The notes beneath the pieces were generated by a model. That model did no database searches. It was not told where the DNA came from and saw only the letters and a program-made list of their open reading frames with translations. A stretch of 64,000 nucleotides of DNA from positions 21,392,001-21,456,000 of the forward strand of contig NC_045697.1 of assembly GCF_009834535.1 (NCBI RefSeq), read 5' to 3'. Source of the DNA: Camelus ferus. Lineage: Eukaryota. Positions 12,960-25,728 of this stretch are shown one piece after another (within the stretch, counting starts at the first letter, position 1; every line of letters begins with the position of its first letter). Position numbers and translations under genes: made by a program.

Positions 12960-13800
12960 CACATGTAATATATTAGAGCTGAAGATATGAACTTGGACAT
13001 GATCTCTTTAGCACGTACACTTAAAATCATGAGAGCATTGATCTGCCTAGAAAAAGAAAAGTGGGGGAAAGTTACCCAAAAGCAGAACAAAATTTTGAAC
13101 AAATACTTTCCACTGAGTCACAGTTGGAGAAATAGGAAGAACTCTTGAAGAAAGAAAATGATCAGTGCCACAGAGTAACACAAACTAGACTACTTAGGCT
13201 GAGAAGTCAAGGACAGGTGAAGTGCCAGGAAAATTTATAATTTGGAGCGAGGTTCTCAGTAGTTTTAATCGTACATGCTTTCAGGATAGGTGAAGCCTTA
13301 GAAAATGCTGAGGGACTTATTTTTCAAAAAAAGCAGTTTTGCTCAGATGATGTGAAAAGAACACCAAAGTGATCAGGTAATGAGAGCATGATCAGGGAGA
13401 GGACACAAAGATTATCATCCAGAAAATTTGGCAAGAAAAGAAAAAGAAAAAAAAAAGATTGCAGCAAGTTGGTAGGGTCTAGGACAAACATTTTTGTTGT
13501 CTTAAATACCATTGGCAGTATCTATTCTAAGTCCTGTAGGAGTGACTAATATAGATGAAGAGGGAGAGAGATACAAGATGTCAGTTAGAAGAGATAACTG
13601 ATTGGGCAAGGTGCCTAGTATTTGGAAGACTAAGTTTCAAAGTTACAGATGAAGGGTTATTTTTAACAAAAATGAAAAAAATACCTTAATAAAGGTATAC
13701 AGTTTCATATGTAGGTGTCAATTTTAGTAAATAAGGAGAAATCTGCTGAAAATATGAAGGGAGACTAGAATAGAGTTAGAAATTTGGGACAATTGGAGAT
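12960..13800 (-). mobile_element. Degraded L2 fragments
   Basis: Purine-rich + strand with 'agagctgaagatatgaacttggacatgatc...ttaaaatcatgagagcattga...gagaagtcaagga', typical of antisense L2. Confidence 0.5.
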
Positions 13801-13925
13801 ATTTTACAGAGCTGCTATTTAAATAAATAATTAGGTAATTAATAAACAATACAAAGTTGAATTGTAAAGATTACTGATTAGTATTGAGGAGTCTCTACTT
13901 TAGCCTGCAACTGAGGATATCATTA

Positions 13926-14614
13926 TGTCCAATAAAGAATAAAATCTAGACTTCAATAAGGAGTCTCTTTATTTGAAGATACTGTTGCAAATAGGGGTAG
14001 GAGAATGAATTATAGCAATGGGAGAAAGGGACTGTTGCAACAGGGATAATAGTTTGATCATAAGATCTTCAAGCATCTCCAAGTTAGGCAAAGATGGGCA
14101 TTCATTAGGCAAGATGGCTTCTCGTTCATAGGGAGGAGTAAACATGCTAGCAAGAACCAGGTGTAGGGGTATGGGGATAAGCACATGGTGTGATCAGACA
14201 TTTGACCAGCAAATGTTTTTCCTTGAGATCAGTAGATTCTCTAGAGGGGCCATTAAGGAGAGATTTTCTGCATTCATATTCTTACTCAAGAGCGGGTCAG
14301 GTCAAGGACCTGTGTGAAGAGAAGACCCTTGACTGAATTTGGGTAAGGACAGATTAGCATTTTGCCCTGTTTGGCCAGTGAAGGCAAATCATTCAGCTAA
14401 TCATTTGTGTGACAAATAATAGGAATTTTAGGATTGTGTCTGTCGCTGTCATAGGTGAATAAGAAGGTCAGTCCATCTGGGAGTCTTACTTTAGTCAAAC
14501 GGGGGCTGATGGCTCTTTAAAAGATACTCTTTCCCAGCTGCAAAGGTTGGGGAGGTTTCTTAACTGTTGCTGTTTTTCAGGAGCACAGGGCTCAGGTAAA
14601 GTTCAACATTATCA
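13926..14614 (-). mobile_element. ERV1 solo LTR, MER67-like
   Basis: Reverse complement begins TGATAATGTTGAACTTTACCTGAGCCCTGTGCTCCTGAAAAACAGC, matching the recalled MER67 start. It ends ...AATAAAGAGACTCC...GACA and has TG/CA termini. Confidence 0.8.
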
Positions 14615-14889
14615 GTCATTATTGTCTCAGATGTTACTGGATCACTAAGAAGAAATGGAGAAAATGAACTGTGCAGTACTGGAGAACAGCAAAATGAAAA
14701 TAATGTATATTCTGATGGGGCAAAGCTTTTCCAATGGTGTGAAGTGATCATAATTGAATGGCTCCCTCTAGAGACAAGGATGGAGAACAGGCTTCCTGCC
14801 TGCAGGATGCTGATGTGGAGAAGAAAAAGCAAAAATGAAATCTCAACCATTACAAACAGACCTGGAAAACTAATTGTTTAAATGAAACA

Positions 14890-14920
14890 GGAGAGAGAGT
14901 GTGTGTGTGTGTGTGTGTGT
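14890..14920. repeat. (GA)n(GT)n microsatellite
   Basis: Direct reading of the sequence. Confidence 0.9.
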
Positions 14921-15220
14921 ATGAAAGTCAAGGTTGCAATAAATTTTGTTGCAATTTTCCTAAATTTTATGCAGTAGCAGTAGAAGATCTAGCCATTCAA
15001 ATCACATATGAAGCGTCAGTGACAGATAAAACAAAATTCCACTATGATTATATCCTATGAGTCACTCTTTCTAATGTAACAAGTTCTGGCTTACAGCTTG
15101 CACACAGATCAGGAGTTGTCAATATTGTCAATATTGGGAATTAGAGAGATGGGCTGGGCATATATATTTATGTAATTGAATGCAGCAAAAGTTATACAGA
15201 CATAACTTAATCAATGATGG

Positions 15221-15532
15221 TGTGTCAGTCAGTGTCCCTGGGGAAAAAGAACTGACAAATCCTTGATAATATGAGACTATTTTAATAAAGGGGAGATTTA
15301 CAAAGTTGTGTGACTGTGAAGCCAACCCCAAGGAACAGAATAGGGAGCCTGCGTTACTCCTAAGCCAACCTTCAGGGACCAGGTCTGGAGTAGAGACCAG
15401 GGAAATAAACTGCCTAATCCCATTCTCCCCAGCTCTTCCAGTCACTGCCTGTTGATGAAGGCACATCAGCCACAGACCAGGATGGAGAAGGGAGAGAGTA
15501 GGTCTGGAGGTGCAAATAGAAGAGTTCCAGGT
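15221..15532 (-). mobile_element. ERVL LTR remnant (LTR33-like)
   Basis: 'tgtgtcagtcagtgtccctgggga...tttaataaaggggagatttacaaagttgtg' and 'gagagtaggtctggaggtgcaaatagaaga' resemble the recalled LTR33 in antisense. Confidence 0.6.
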
Positions 15533-16049
15533 TTGGGAGGAGGGGGATTGGTGATTAGGCAAATAGCTAGCTGCTTTTTTCTTGTTAAATACGTGAGCCA
15601 CATGACTGCCGGCTGAATACGCTGTCTGACTTCAGTACAGCAGTGTCACCAAACATCTAGGTAGGATTCATGTGAAGACACAGACAAACACAAAACTCTC
15701 ATATCACTTGCAATCTAAGTCCAGAATCTGGAAGGAATTCCCCCGCTAAGATTAAGGTAGATAGAATGAGAATGAGGACAATCTGTCCCAGGTTTGTGTC
15801 ATTGCATGCCCAAGTTTTACACCCTGAAACGGAGAGGAAAGGGAATATTTTGAAAGCTACCCTATCATGGTGTGACTATGTCTTCCATGGGACTATTGCC
15901 ATATCCTCCCGTAGGATGAGGATTTGAGAGCTACGTTCAAAAACAGAATACAAGTTTAAAGGTAATCCAATCCACCATGCTATTTGATTTGAAGTATTTG
16001 GCTTCCACGGTTAATTATGAGGGGGAAAAGCTACAAACAAACTCTGTGA

Positions 16050-17370
16050 AGTGATTTTGACCTAAACACACATATCTCAGTTTTTGGAAGAACAAATAAA
16101 AGAAGCAAAGTAAACAAATCACATGGAAGATATCTAATAGTTTAATTTATATGCTTAGCACAACGGAAATATGTCAAATTATTACTAAAAGATGAAGAGT
16201 AAAATTTTTCTAAAGCCCTTGAAATAGTCACAAAATTTAGCTTGTATTGAGCATAACAATACTAGAAGTAAATAAGTAATATTTTAATTCATCATGATTC
16301 AAGAAAATCAGCAAATAGTAATAAAAGTTTCTTTAAAATATTTATATTTTGGAAATATAATGTGAAGCTGCAATTAGACCACCTTTAGTAAATAAAACAA
16401 AAGCATTATTTATCAATCTTCATAGAAGTGAAAAACTTCAGAGGAAAATTTACATTTTTGTAAATTGAAAATTATTGGCAGAATAAGTTGATAAATTAAA
16501 AATGATAATCATAAATCAAAAATGAAATAAAATAATCCTTTATTTCAAGAATTAGAAGAGCCATAAAATATGTGCACTGAAAATAATGTATATATATGAG
16601 TATTATAGCTAAATTAATAGAATAGGAGATATAAATATTAAAATCTATTAGATGAAACAAATAGTTTGTCTGTGGTAGAAGTTAAGAAAATTTTTTAGAA
16701 AACAAAATAACTACATTTAACATGAAAAAATGTATATATTTATATTGGGAAATCCTATAAATGCAGAACTATACATTACTTTACAATCATATAGTAATAT
16801 AAATAAAATTTAGTATATTTTATTTTATATGTATTTTGCACATAATATTTTTGCTATATTTATTTTTATATTTGTTATATATTTATTTACATATTATATA
16901 TTTATATATATTATTATATTTTATAAATATAATATATATTTATAAACATACATGTTTGTTATATAACATTTTGTTTTATTTATTATATTATGCTCATATT
17001 TTATTATAGTTATTATTTGTTCTATATTCCATAAGCTACATTTTACTATATTTTCCAACTTTGAAAGAAAAAACTTGAAATTATATAAAATAAATGTTCT
17101 TTTAGGAAATACAAATTGATACATTTTACATGTGAATTCTTACAAAATGTTGAGGAAATAGTTCTCACTTTTATAAACTGATCTAAAGCAAAACTCAGGA
17201 TGAAACATTTTTTATTTCTCTCCTGCTGTTTGCTGTGTTTCTTGATTTCCAGTGGTGTTACAGTTTTTTTTTGTTTTACTTTATTTTCTGTTTTACAATG
17301 GAATTATTCATGGCAAGCAATGCAGCAATAGGGTCTCATCCTATAAATACATAAATACATACAGAAAAAA
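16050..17370 (+). mobile_element. Highly degraded L1 ORF2 fragments interrupted by an AT low-complexity tract (~16780-17000)
   Basis: A-rich strand with 'ttttacatgtgaattcttacaaaatgttgaggaaata' and similar ORF2-like motifs. Confidence 0.45.
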
Positions 17371-17679
17371 GTGACCAGTGCGAGTTTTCCTAGTCTGCGC
17401 CATGGAGAAGCATGTTTACCTCTTGCCTCTAAAGTCTCCCTCTCCATCCACTCACCTGTCATGACTCTATGTTATGTGGCCATCCTTCTCTTTCTTTCAT
17501 GAGTAGCAGTACCTTTGAAATGTTAAACGTTTCTGTTTAATTCCCTTGATCTTGTTACTACAGAAATGTACATTTTTAGTTTTGTATTGGACTAAAGTGG
17601 GCCAAAAGTTCCAAGTCTGAGTATTGGATGATGAGTGCACGGAACCAAATGAGCTCCATGGGGACCCCATCTTCCTCCT

Positions 17680-18450
17680 TCTCATTGCTGTCAGATTGAT
17701 TTTCCTAAAGCATGGCTTTTATGTACCTAATTGCCAATAAATTTCCATGTTCTCCACAGGGAAGTATACATTTTGAAGTCAGGAAACCTACTCATGTATG
17801 AAAAATTGTGCTGAACACTGGAATTTGACACAACATTGTAAAATGATTATAAGTCAATAAAAAATGTTGAAATAAATAAATAAATAAAATTTTCTAGCCA
17901 AAAAAAAAAAAAAGGAAACCTACTATAGGAAAGGTACACTAGGCTCCATTTTTAATCTACCTTTTAAGCTTTATCGCCTGCATTCATCATTATAACACAA
18001 AGCCTCAATCCACGCTTGACTATTCATCCTTACTTTTTCTCATTATACCCTTTTCGTTTGCTGCACTTTCATTCGTTTTCTTTCCCAGTGATGTCCTTTT
18101 TCCCCATTTTTCTATGTCCAAAAGAGTTCCATGTTGGAAGTCCTATCCCCAATTAACTTCCTTTCTCGGGACTTTCTAGGTAGGTGCTGCATTCAGGAAG
18201 GCAAACACATCAGTGAACAAATCTTTAACTCTCTTATCAAATAAAAAGCCCTCTCAAAAGACTTTATCTGCAGATGGCTAAGTCCAGTGACCAATTTTAT
18301 GTATCTCATCTGCGTGTTTTCACACAGTGGACAAAGAACATGCTAGATCCTCATTTATATGGTTTTAAGTTACTATTTACACACAATAGCCTTCACAGAA
18401 TTGTTCTAAAACAAATGATAATGGCAAACATTTGTTAAAGAAATGAATGA
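17680..18450 (+). mobile_element. L2 fragments, interrupted by the young L1 at 17793
   Basis: 'ctcattgctgtcagattgattttcctaaagcatggct' and the terminal 'aaacatttgttaaagaaatgaatgaa'. Confidence 0.55.
17793..17912 (+). mobile_element. Very short young L1 3' end with perfect 12 bp TSD
   Basis: 'tgtgctgaacactggaatttgacacaacattgtaaaatgattataagtcaataaaaaatgtt' plus tails. aggaaacctact lies at 17781-17792 and 17913-17924. Confidence 0.9.
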
Positions 18451-18984
18451 AATAATTCATTGTGTGCTGGCCTCTAAAGGAACTTGAGGCTACTCCATAA
18501 GTGATCCTGTCAATTCACTGGGGACAATCTGCTAATTTAACGCTGCCAGCATTTTCTTTCTGTGCAGCAAAGAGATTGAATTTGGCTCTGCTTCAATAGG
18601 CCACTTGCTTATGTAAATGCAAAGCTCAAATATTATTCTGAAATAATATGCGAAACCAAGAGGGTATGCTGTTCGTTATATTGTTTAAATTTTCTGTAGC
18701 AGTTTCTCTCAGCTCAGAGCCAGAAAAAGCGTGGTGTTTTCTGCTCTTGTCTCTTATGTGGCCAGCTATCCGAAAATTATAATTTGTTTATCTGTTAGAT
18801 TTCTCTTTTGGCTTTAACTGATGGAGGCTCAGGGATAAACTTTAAATATAAATACGACTTCCCTAATTTTTTGGTTCCCACCTTAATTTAAGGATCACCT
18901 TCTCAGTATGGCAAATATGTTTATTTATTTCTCAATTTGTTGTTTTCTGATGAGGAACTTTTTAGGTATTATGATTAAGTTATT

Positions 18985-19180
18985 TTTTTAAATGTTTTTA
19001 ATTGGATGAAGGATTTTTAAATTCTTTAGTACTTCACAATTTTCAAGTCTTACACACATTATTTCATATAATCCCGTAATAGCCTCCTTTTAACCTCCCA
19101 CCCCTTCTCTCTCTCCACTGTTAACCAACCACTACTTTGATCTCTATATCTGTGAGTCTGTTTCTTTTGTTGTTTTAACG
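18985..19180 (-). mobile_element. L1 3' end, alternative cetartiodactyl 3' UTR type
   Basis: Minus strand reads 'aaacagactcacagatatagagatcaaagtagtggtt...ggattatatgaaataatgtgtgtaagacttgaaaattgtgaagtac' followed by an A-rich tail. Confidence 0.7.
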
Positions 19181-19379
19181 TCACTGCTAACACTATTTTG
19201 TAAAATAAACTATAAGTGGTTTTGTATATAGCATCGGTGCTTATTTGCATTTATCTTTTACTTGCCGTTCTGAGTTGACTTAGGCAAAAACAACACTTAA
19301 CCTAATAATCACTAGGAATTATCTTACAATAATTAGTTGCTAGGATTTTTCTGGTTTCACTTTCTTTGGGTTACCGTGA

Positions 19380-20140
19380 CTAACTCATCAGGAAGTCCTG
19401 CGGAATCTCCTGTAAAACTGATCCTAAATCTGTCATTTTTGCCCATTCTTACCTCTCTCCTTAGCTCCACCCACTACCATGTCACACCTGGATTAGCTCA
19501 AGATATTCCTAAAATGTCCTCCCTTATATTTTATTCCCAGTAATGCATTGTCCTCACGGTAGCAGAGAGATTATTTAAAACGTATATCATGTTATATAAC
19601 TCACTTGCTTAAAACCACACGCATTTGAAATCCAGCTATGACTCCTTACCTCAGCTTTCACAACTTACATGTGTGTTTCACGCACATTCCTGTGACTGCT
19701 TTTTTTACCCTTTTCTCCTTCCCTACAATGTCCCTGCCACTCAGCCTTTTTATACTTCCTTGAACACCCACATTTCTGCCTTAGTGATTTTTCTCTTCCT
19801 TCAATGTCTCCTCTATTTTTCCCATGGTTGACTCACATAATTTACCTCAGTTTAAATGTAGCCTTCTGAAAAACTCCTCCTTCATCATCAGACCTAAAGT
19901 CGGCCACCCCATCACACAGCCTACGAAATCAACTGTATTTTAATATTCTGATATTATCACTCGTATCTCCATCCATCCAACGATCCATCCATCATATGTT
20001 CTTTCATTGGTTCAACAGCACCCATCTAAAACTCAAGATCCTTAAAAGAAGAAACATCATTCTTGTGTTCACTACTTTCTTCTGGACCTACACTGATGCC
20101 TAACATATAGTAGATAGTCAATAAGTAAATGTTAAACAAT
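19380..20140 (+). mobile_element. L2 3' segment (L2a-like)
   Basis: 'accatgtcacacctggatta', 'gcagagagattatttaaaac...ctcacttgcttaaaacc', 'ttccttgaacac' and the terminal 'tgcctaacatatagtagatagtcaataagtaaatgtt'. Confidence 0.75.
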
Positions 20141-20164
20141 AACTCTTAACCTGAAAAACACTCA

Positions 20165-20292
20165 TTACTGTTTTGCATGTATCACTGCAGTTAATCTTCA
20201 CTGTAAAGTTGTCAAGTGGTGACTGGTGCCATCCCTTCAATGAGTGAGGAAACTGAGGCTTAGTGAGGTGAAGTAACTTGTTCAATGATATA
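20165..20292 (-). mobile_element. MIR
   Basis: 'tgaggaaactgaggcttagtgaggtgaagtaacttgttcaa'. Confidence 0.8.
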
Positions 20293-20329
20293 CATATATA
20301 TAATATTAAAAATAAATTATTTGCTTTAT

Positions 20330-21100
20330 TTCAAATAAAATCTGCACTCCACTACCCGTAGTCACACTCGCTCCAATGTTTAATGTGAGTTGGCCAGTTC
20401 GAACACATACGCATCCATAATCATATAGCAACATTTTGTGAGTTTTTTAACTGAAATTTGCATAGTATCTAAGGTTTAATACTGAACTGTATCTTTTCCA
20501 GTGATCTTTATGCTACAGAGATTCATTCTTATTGACATCTTATGGATCTAGTACAGTCTTTGAATAGCTTTGTGATATTCTTCCATGTGAGTAACTACAT
20601 TGTCTTTTCTAGGTCTTCATCTTTAGGCCCTTGGGATAATACCAGATTTTGCTATTCCACACAGTGTTGTCTGAACATCTTCATCCTTAACTCCTATGTA
20701 CCTGTGAATGGAGTTAATAGTCTCTTAGTAGATATTGTATAGGCTGTAGATTTAAATGAAACACTTAAAATATGCAAACCTATTTGTGAATGCACCATAT
20801 GAATTTTTCTAGGAAAGGATATCTTTACTTTGTCAAATTCTCAGAGATATCGGGATCCAAAATATTTAAATACTTAAAAGCAGAATTGCTCCGTCATATG
20901 TTCTTAATATTTTCAATGTTAGTAAATACTGACAATTTTCCAAGTTGACTGCACATATTTATGTTATTTCTAGCAATGGACATATTTTCATAAGGTTAAT
21001 ATCCATTTCTTTTTTTGCTTTTGCATACCTGATTAAAAACCAGTATCTCATTGTTATTTTAATTTACTTTTCTCTGTTTAATTGTGAAGTTTATTTTTAT
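20330..21100 (-). mobile_element. Old L1ME 3' fragment
   Basis: 'agaattgctccgtcatatg', 'ccagtatctcattgttattttaatttacttttctctg'. Confidence 0.6.
20745..20875. mobile_element. hAT-Charlie fragment (MER103-like) nested in the L1ME
   Basis: 'tgaatttttctaggaaaggatatctttactttgtcaaattctcagagatatcgggatccaaaatatttaaatact' resembles the recalled MER103C end. Confidence 0.45.
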
Positions 21101-21162
21101 AAATAAAAATGGGGTTATTTTTATCATGTATGAAAAACATAAAGAAAATTAACTTTTCACTT

Positions 21163-21654
21163 TGTAGTAACTTTGCATCAATGGCCTCATATGTCACTTT
21201 TCTCTGAATCTAAACCCTTTGCAAAGTTTTCCCACCGTGCATGGGAAGAAACTCCCACCTGTAAATTCAGTCATGAGTTGACTAACTGAGTGACCACAGT
21301 ATTGATGCTGCCAGTTCTAAGCCTGGATTTCAGGAAGCCCAGAGTATTCTGCTTGCCTTTCTTCAGCCTTTACCATTTTCATTGGAAAGATATCGAGGCT
21401 GACCTGCAAGTCAGAGAAATAGGATGAAAGACACATGGACCATCACTTCCCCAGCTAAGCTACTCTGGCCAAACCAGCCTTGAGTGAAGCCTCCAGCCCA
21501 TCTGCAAATGCATGAGCCAGATTACCCAGAAGCCTAAGGGAGCCTGGATGAGATCTGCAAATCCAAGATCTCCTGACTCATGAGATGTAATAATAAATGT
21601 TTAAACCACTGGGATGTGAGATGGTTTGTTTGTCAACAGTAGCTGTAGGTTACA
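21163..21654 (+). mobile_element. MaLR solo LTR (MLT1H-like)
   Basis: TG...CA ends. Contains 'tgccagttctaagcctgg', 'ggatgaaagacacatgga' and 'aataaatgtttaaaccactgggatgtgagatggtttgtt...gtagctg'. Confidence 0.75.
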
Positions 21655-21951
21655 TATATCATATGTCCACAAAGTTTATTTGTCCTAGGAAATAAAAAAA
21701 AATCAATTTTAATGATTCAGAGATATTTTCATTCAAATAGTAACATGCTTTAAATAATTTATATATTACCTTTTTTCCCCCTGAACAAACTTTGCAGTAG
21801 TTAATTTTCTCTTAGGTATAGAATATTTAGCAGTTATAATATAATATATACTTAAGTACATATTTTTCTTTAATTTTATAAGAATAAGCTAAGATCAGAA
21901 ATGTCAATTGTCAAAGGGTGATAAAGTATTGAGTGGGACTTTCAAACATAG

Positions 21952-21974
21952 ACACACACACACACACACACACA
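21952..21974. repeat. (AC)n microsatellite
   Basis: Direct reading of the sequence. Confidence 0.9.
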
Positions 21975-24900
21975 GACTTAATTTCATGAAACAAGGCAGG
22001 TGGTGAAATAAAAGCTGTTTTTAATCCTTAAGGATTTTCATGGTGTGAATGAGAACAAACTTGATTTTTTTTTCACACCTGCATTGTAGTCATGGGGCAT
22101 TAACATGCATAGAACTTGAAGAATTAGAAGAAAATAATTTTGAAAGAAGCACATCTTTGAAATAAATCTCCATGATTTCATCTATGGAAGCAGTTTCTTT
22201 TCTCTCTTTCTCTCGCTTTAACTACATTAACCTCAATTTATTTTTTGTGTGCTCTCAGCTTTTTAAAAAAAATCAAATAATAGCAATTTGATAGTGTTTG
22301 TAATTTAACCAATAAAAATATTAATATAACCAATTATCTTCAGCACATGTGAAATAAGAAAATAGTAATAGTGCTTATTATTTAAATATGTTAGAACTTT
22401 ACCATCTGGAATTTCAACATTATGAAAATGACTAACCAAATTCCCTTCATTCTTTGCAGAAATTTACAGTAATAAGATCATATACTAACATTTTTACAAC
22501 TTACAATTTTCTTGAGATTTTAAATGGATAAATAATTGAGAGGACCTATGCTACTTGTGACTTAGTTTTTAAGAATTTAAGATAAGTTAAAAAAAAGTAA
22601 TATGGTAATATGGAAATTCAACTTTTATCCACTTATCCTCCATAATTTATAAAAATTCTTAATTCTATCTCTTTTCTTCTGCTTCTATCATTAAAATCAC
22701 TGTTTTTTAATATAGTTTTTATTTCCAAGGTCTGCCACTTCTTATTTCTAAATCATTCACATTGCTTATGTCATAATTAGAATAAAACAACATAAATCTC
22801 CCTGTCAAAGCTTTGTAGAAGTAGTTAATAGGGTTCACTACTTTTTTGTTGTTGTGTATCTCATATATCATACTCATTGTGTTGAGAATTGGAGTTTTAT
22901 CATTTACTATTTATTTGTTTTGTAGTGGCTAGTGAACAGGGACTATAATAGGATTTAATAATTGGTTATTCAGCTAATAAAATGACCTGGATCAATGCAA
23001 ATCATGATATCCAAATCTTACACATAGCAATGAAATATAAAACTATATTAGCAACTTCAAAAAATAGCTAAAATGTAATTATTTAAATCTCTGTGGCAAA
23101 TGCATCATTTTTCGGTAATCAAAGAATTAGTAATTACAGATTTACTAAATATCGTTAAATTAGCAAACAACCAAATGTTAGAAAATATAATTTAAAGCCC
23201 AGGTACTTTACAAAATTACAGATTGTGAATTGACATCCAATGCATACATTTTGTTCTCTTACCTTCAGCATGTCACACTCTCCTGGAAATCTATCCAAAA
23301 ATGCCATCTCTTGTTAAGATGGATGTTTAAAGAAAAAAAAATGAATAAACATTAACTAAGTATTGTTCTTTACTTTTCCAGTAGGGCCATGATAACAAAT
23401 CAACTATCATGACTAGAAAACAACACATTAACTTACTAATAAATAACAACCTAGTTATCCATCTGGGTATTGAATATCGTAATGAGGAGTGTCATGAAGA
23501 CTTACGTTAATGCTAATCACCCATTCTCTCAACAAACACCTTCTTTACTGTCTGCTCTGCACAAGGCATAGTGATTGATCTTTTCCTTTTTTGCCCTTAA
23601 TTAGCTTTAGTATATGAAAGTACTCAATCTTTATAGAAACTATATTTTGAATGCACTATATTTTTGAAACAAGATAAAATTTAGGTTATAAAATACTTAC
23701 TACATTATTTAATAATGAGTCAGTTTGCTTTCTTGAAAATTAAGCATTATCACATGTGATAGTTATGTATAAAGTCTCTGGCTTAAGCCAATAGAGGGTG
23801 GTATGTTATTCATTCTATCAGTATTATTTCTATATTATTTCTATAATTTTGAGAACTTCTTAAATTTATTGTATATACACTTCAATGTTTCATAGTAATG
23901 TTTTTGAAAGTACAATGTACATTTTTAGTAAGTATATTATTTTTCTACTAAGGTCTCATATAATGGGAAAGATGTCCTACCATGATGTAACAAAGGTTAT
24001 AATTAGAACAACTATTTTATAAATCATTTAAAAGCATTTTGTTAAAACATAAAAAGAAAGTATTTTAAAAACAGGAAGTTCTCCTGTTAAAATGTTCATA
24101 GATAGTATCGCCTTAAACCTCAGTTTATTGATGAGCTCTAATGACTTGCTGAGATTTTATGTTCCCCATGTGTATCATTATCTTATAAAGTTATTATTTT
24201 CAAAGTTCATAATTTAGTTATCTACCCTGACGTGTTTCATTTATTTATACCCAGTGAGATGTATTATGTAAAAAACACTGTGCTGAGTAGATTTTTAAGT
24301 TATTTAAACATACGTAAAAATGGCTTTTGCTTTTAATATGTTCAAAGACTAGTAACAACCATATATACATATCAGACTATATATATATCAGACAAATAAT
24401 ATATAGATATAAAATTAGTGAAACTATTTTTTATTGTCCTTAGAAATTTTCATAGTGAAAAATTTTGTCTTTTTAACTAATGAATACTCAATATTGAGTA
24501 TCTTCAACAATGTATTATTCCAGTTGAGGGTAATTTTATCTAAACCCATATGATATCTGAATCAGATATATCTGTCTAGATGCCACATACCAGTGTTTTA
24601 GAATTTCACTATGTTGATCATGGCCTAAAGTGAAATAAAGCCATTAAAAATCTGTTTCTATTATCTGAAGACAGTTTAAAGGTCCTTGAGAAAATTGAGT
24701 AGAGTGTTCTGAATATAAATTTAACCTACACACTCTTCCTAAATTTCTTATTTCAAAATGACCCTAAGCAATGACTTCCAGTTAGAGAGAAAAAAAAAAA
24801 GGCTTCTCTTCACACAGCCATTTAATTAAAAAAATATCACAAGTACCTAAATGAATAGTTAAAAATGAACATTTTGGATATCTTTGTAATACTTCAAAAT

Positions 24901-25302
24901 CTACAATTGAAAAAATTTGAACCAGTTAATTCTATTACATGTATCCAACCAAATCTTACATTAAAATAAGAAAAATATATTGCCCACATATTTAAGGAAG
25001 TTTATGTTCTTTGTCATTGTTTGTATCTTTAATTTAACATATTACATTGACTAATGTAAAATAAAGGATATTTTATTAGCAGTGAAAAGTGATAAATAGA
25101 AATAAATGAATTTCCATTTTTGAAGATGATGTAAAGTGAAGCTGTCAAATAATCAAAAATCAAAAATCAAAGTGGATACTTAATCTTCAAATATAAAAAC
25201 AAATATATAAACCATGAATAAAGAACTGAGGATATTGTATATGAAAATTTTCAAATTGTGGATTGGGGTCTTTGACATAGATAAGGCTTCACTTACCTTA
25301 TA

Positions 25303-25589
25303 ACAGTCACTAGCCATGTGTGAATACTGAACATTTAGAATGTGGCTGGTCTGAATTGAGATGCATTTTAAATATAAAATGTATACTTGCATTTCAAACA
25401 ATTATGCAGAAAATGTAAATATATTATTCATAACTCCATACTGATTATATATTTAATCGATGATGTAATTATATTTTTCTTAAACTGTTATTAAATTAAT
25501 TTAACTTTTTTTTTACTTTTAACAATGTGGCTACCAGAAAATTTAAAATTACATATGTAGTTCACAGTGTATTCCACAGGATAGTGCTG
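25303..25589. mobile_element. hAT-Charlie MITE (MER33/MER3-like)
   Basis: 'cactagccatgtg...tgaacatttagaatgtggctggtctgaattgagatg...aatgtggctaccagaaaatttaaaattacatatgtag...ggatagtgctg'. Confidence 0.8.
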
Positions 25590-25728
25590 TTCAAAATGTT
25601 ACTTATTGATCAGTTTATATGAAACATTATAGAAATTTCCTTTCAATATATGTAAAATCAAGAATGCTGGATTGTATTGTTGCAGTATATAATAAAGCAT
25701 ACTGTAATGTAAGAGCAAGTAATCATTA

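Noticed and set aside
15128..15601. Longest ORF in the track (157 aa)
   Set aside because: It lies mostly within an LTR33-like remnant, has a non-ATG start, and shows no protein family signature.
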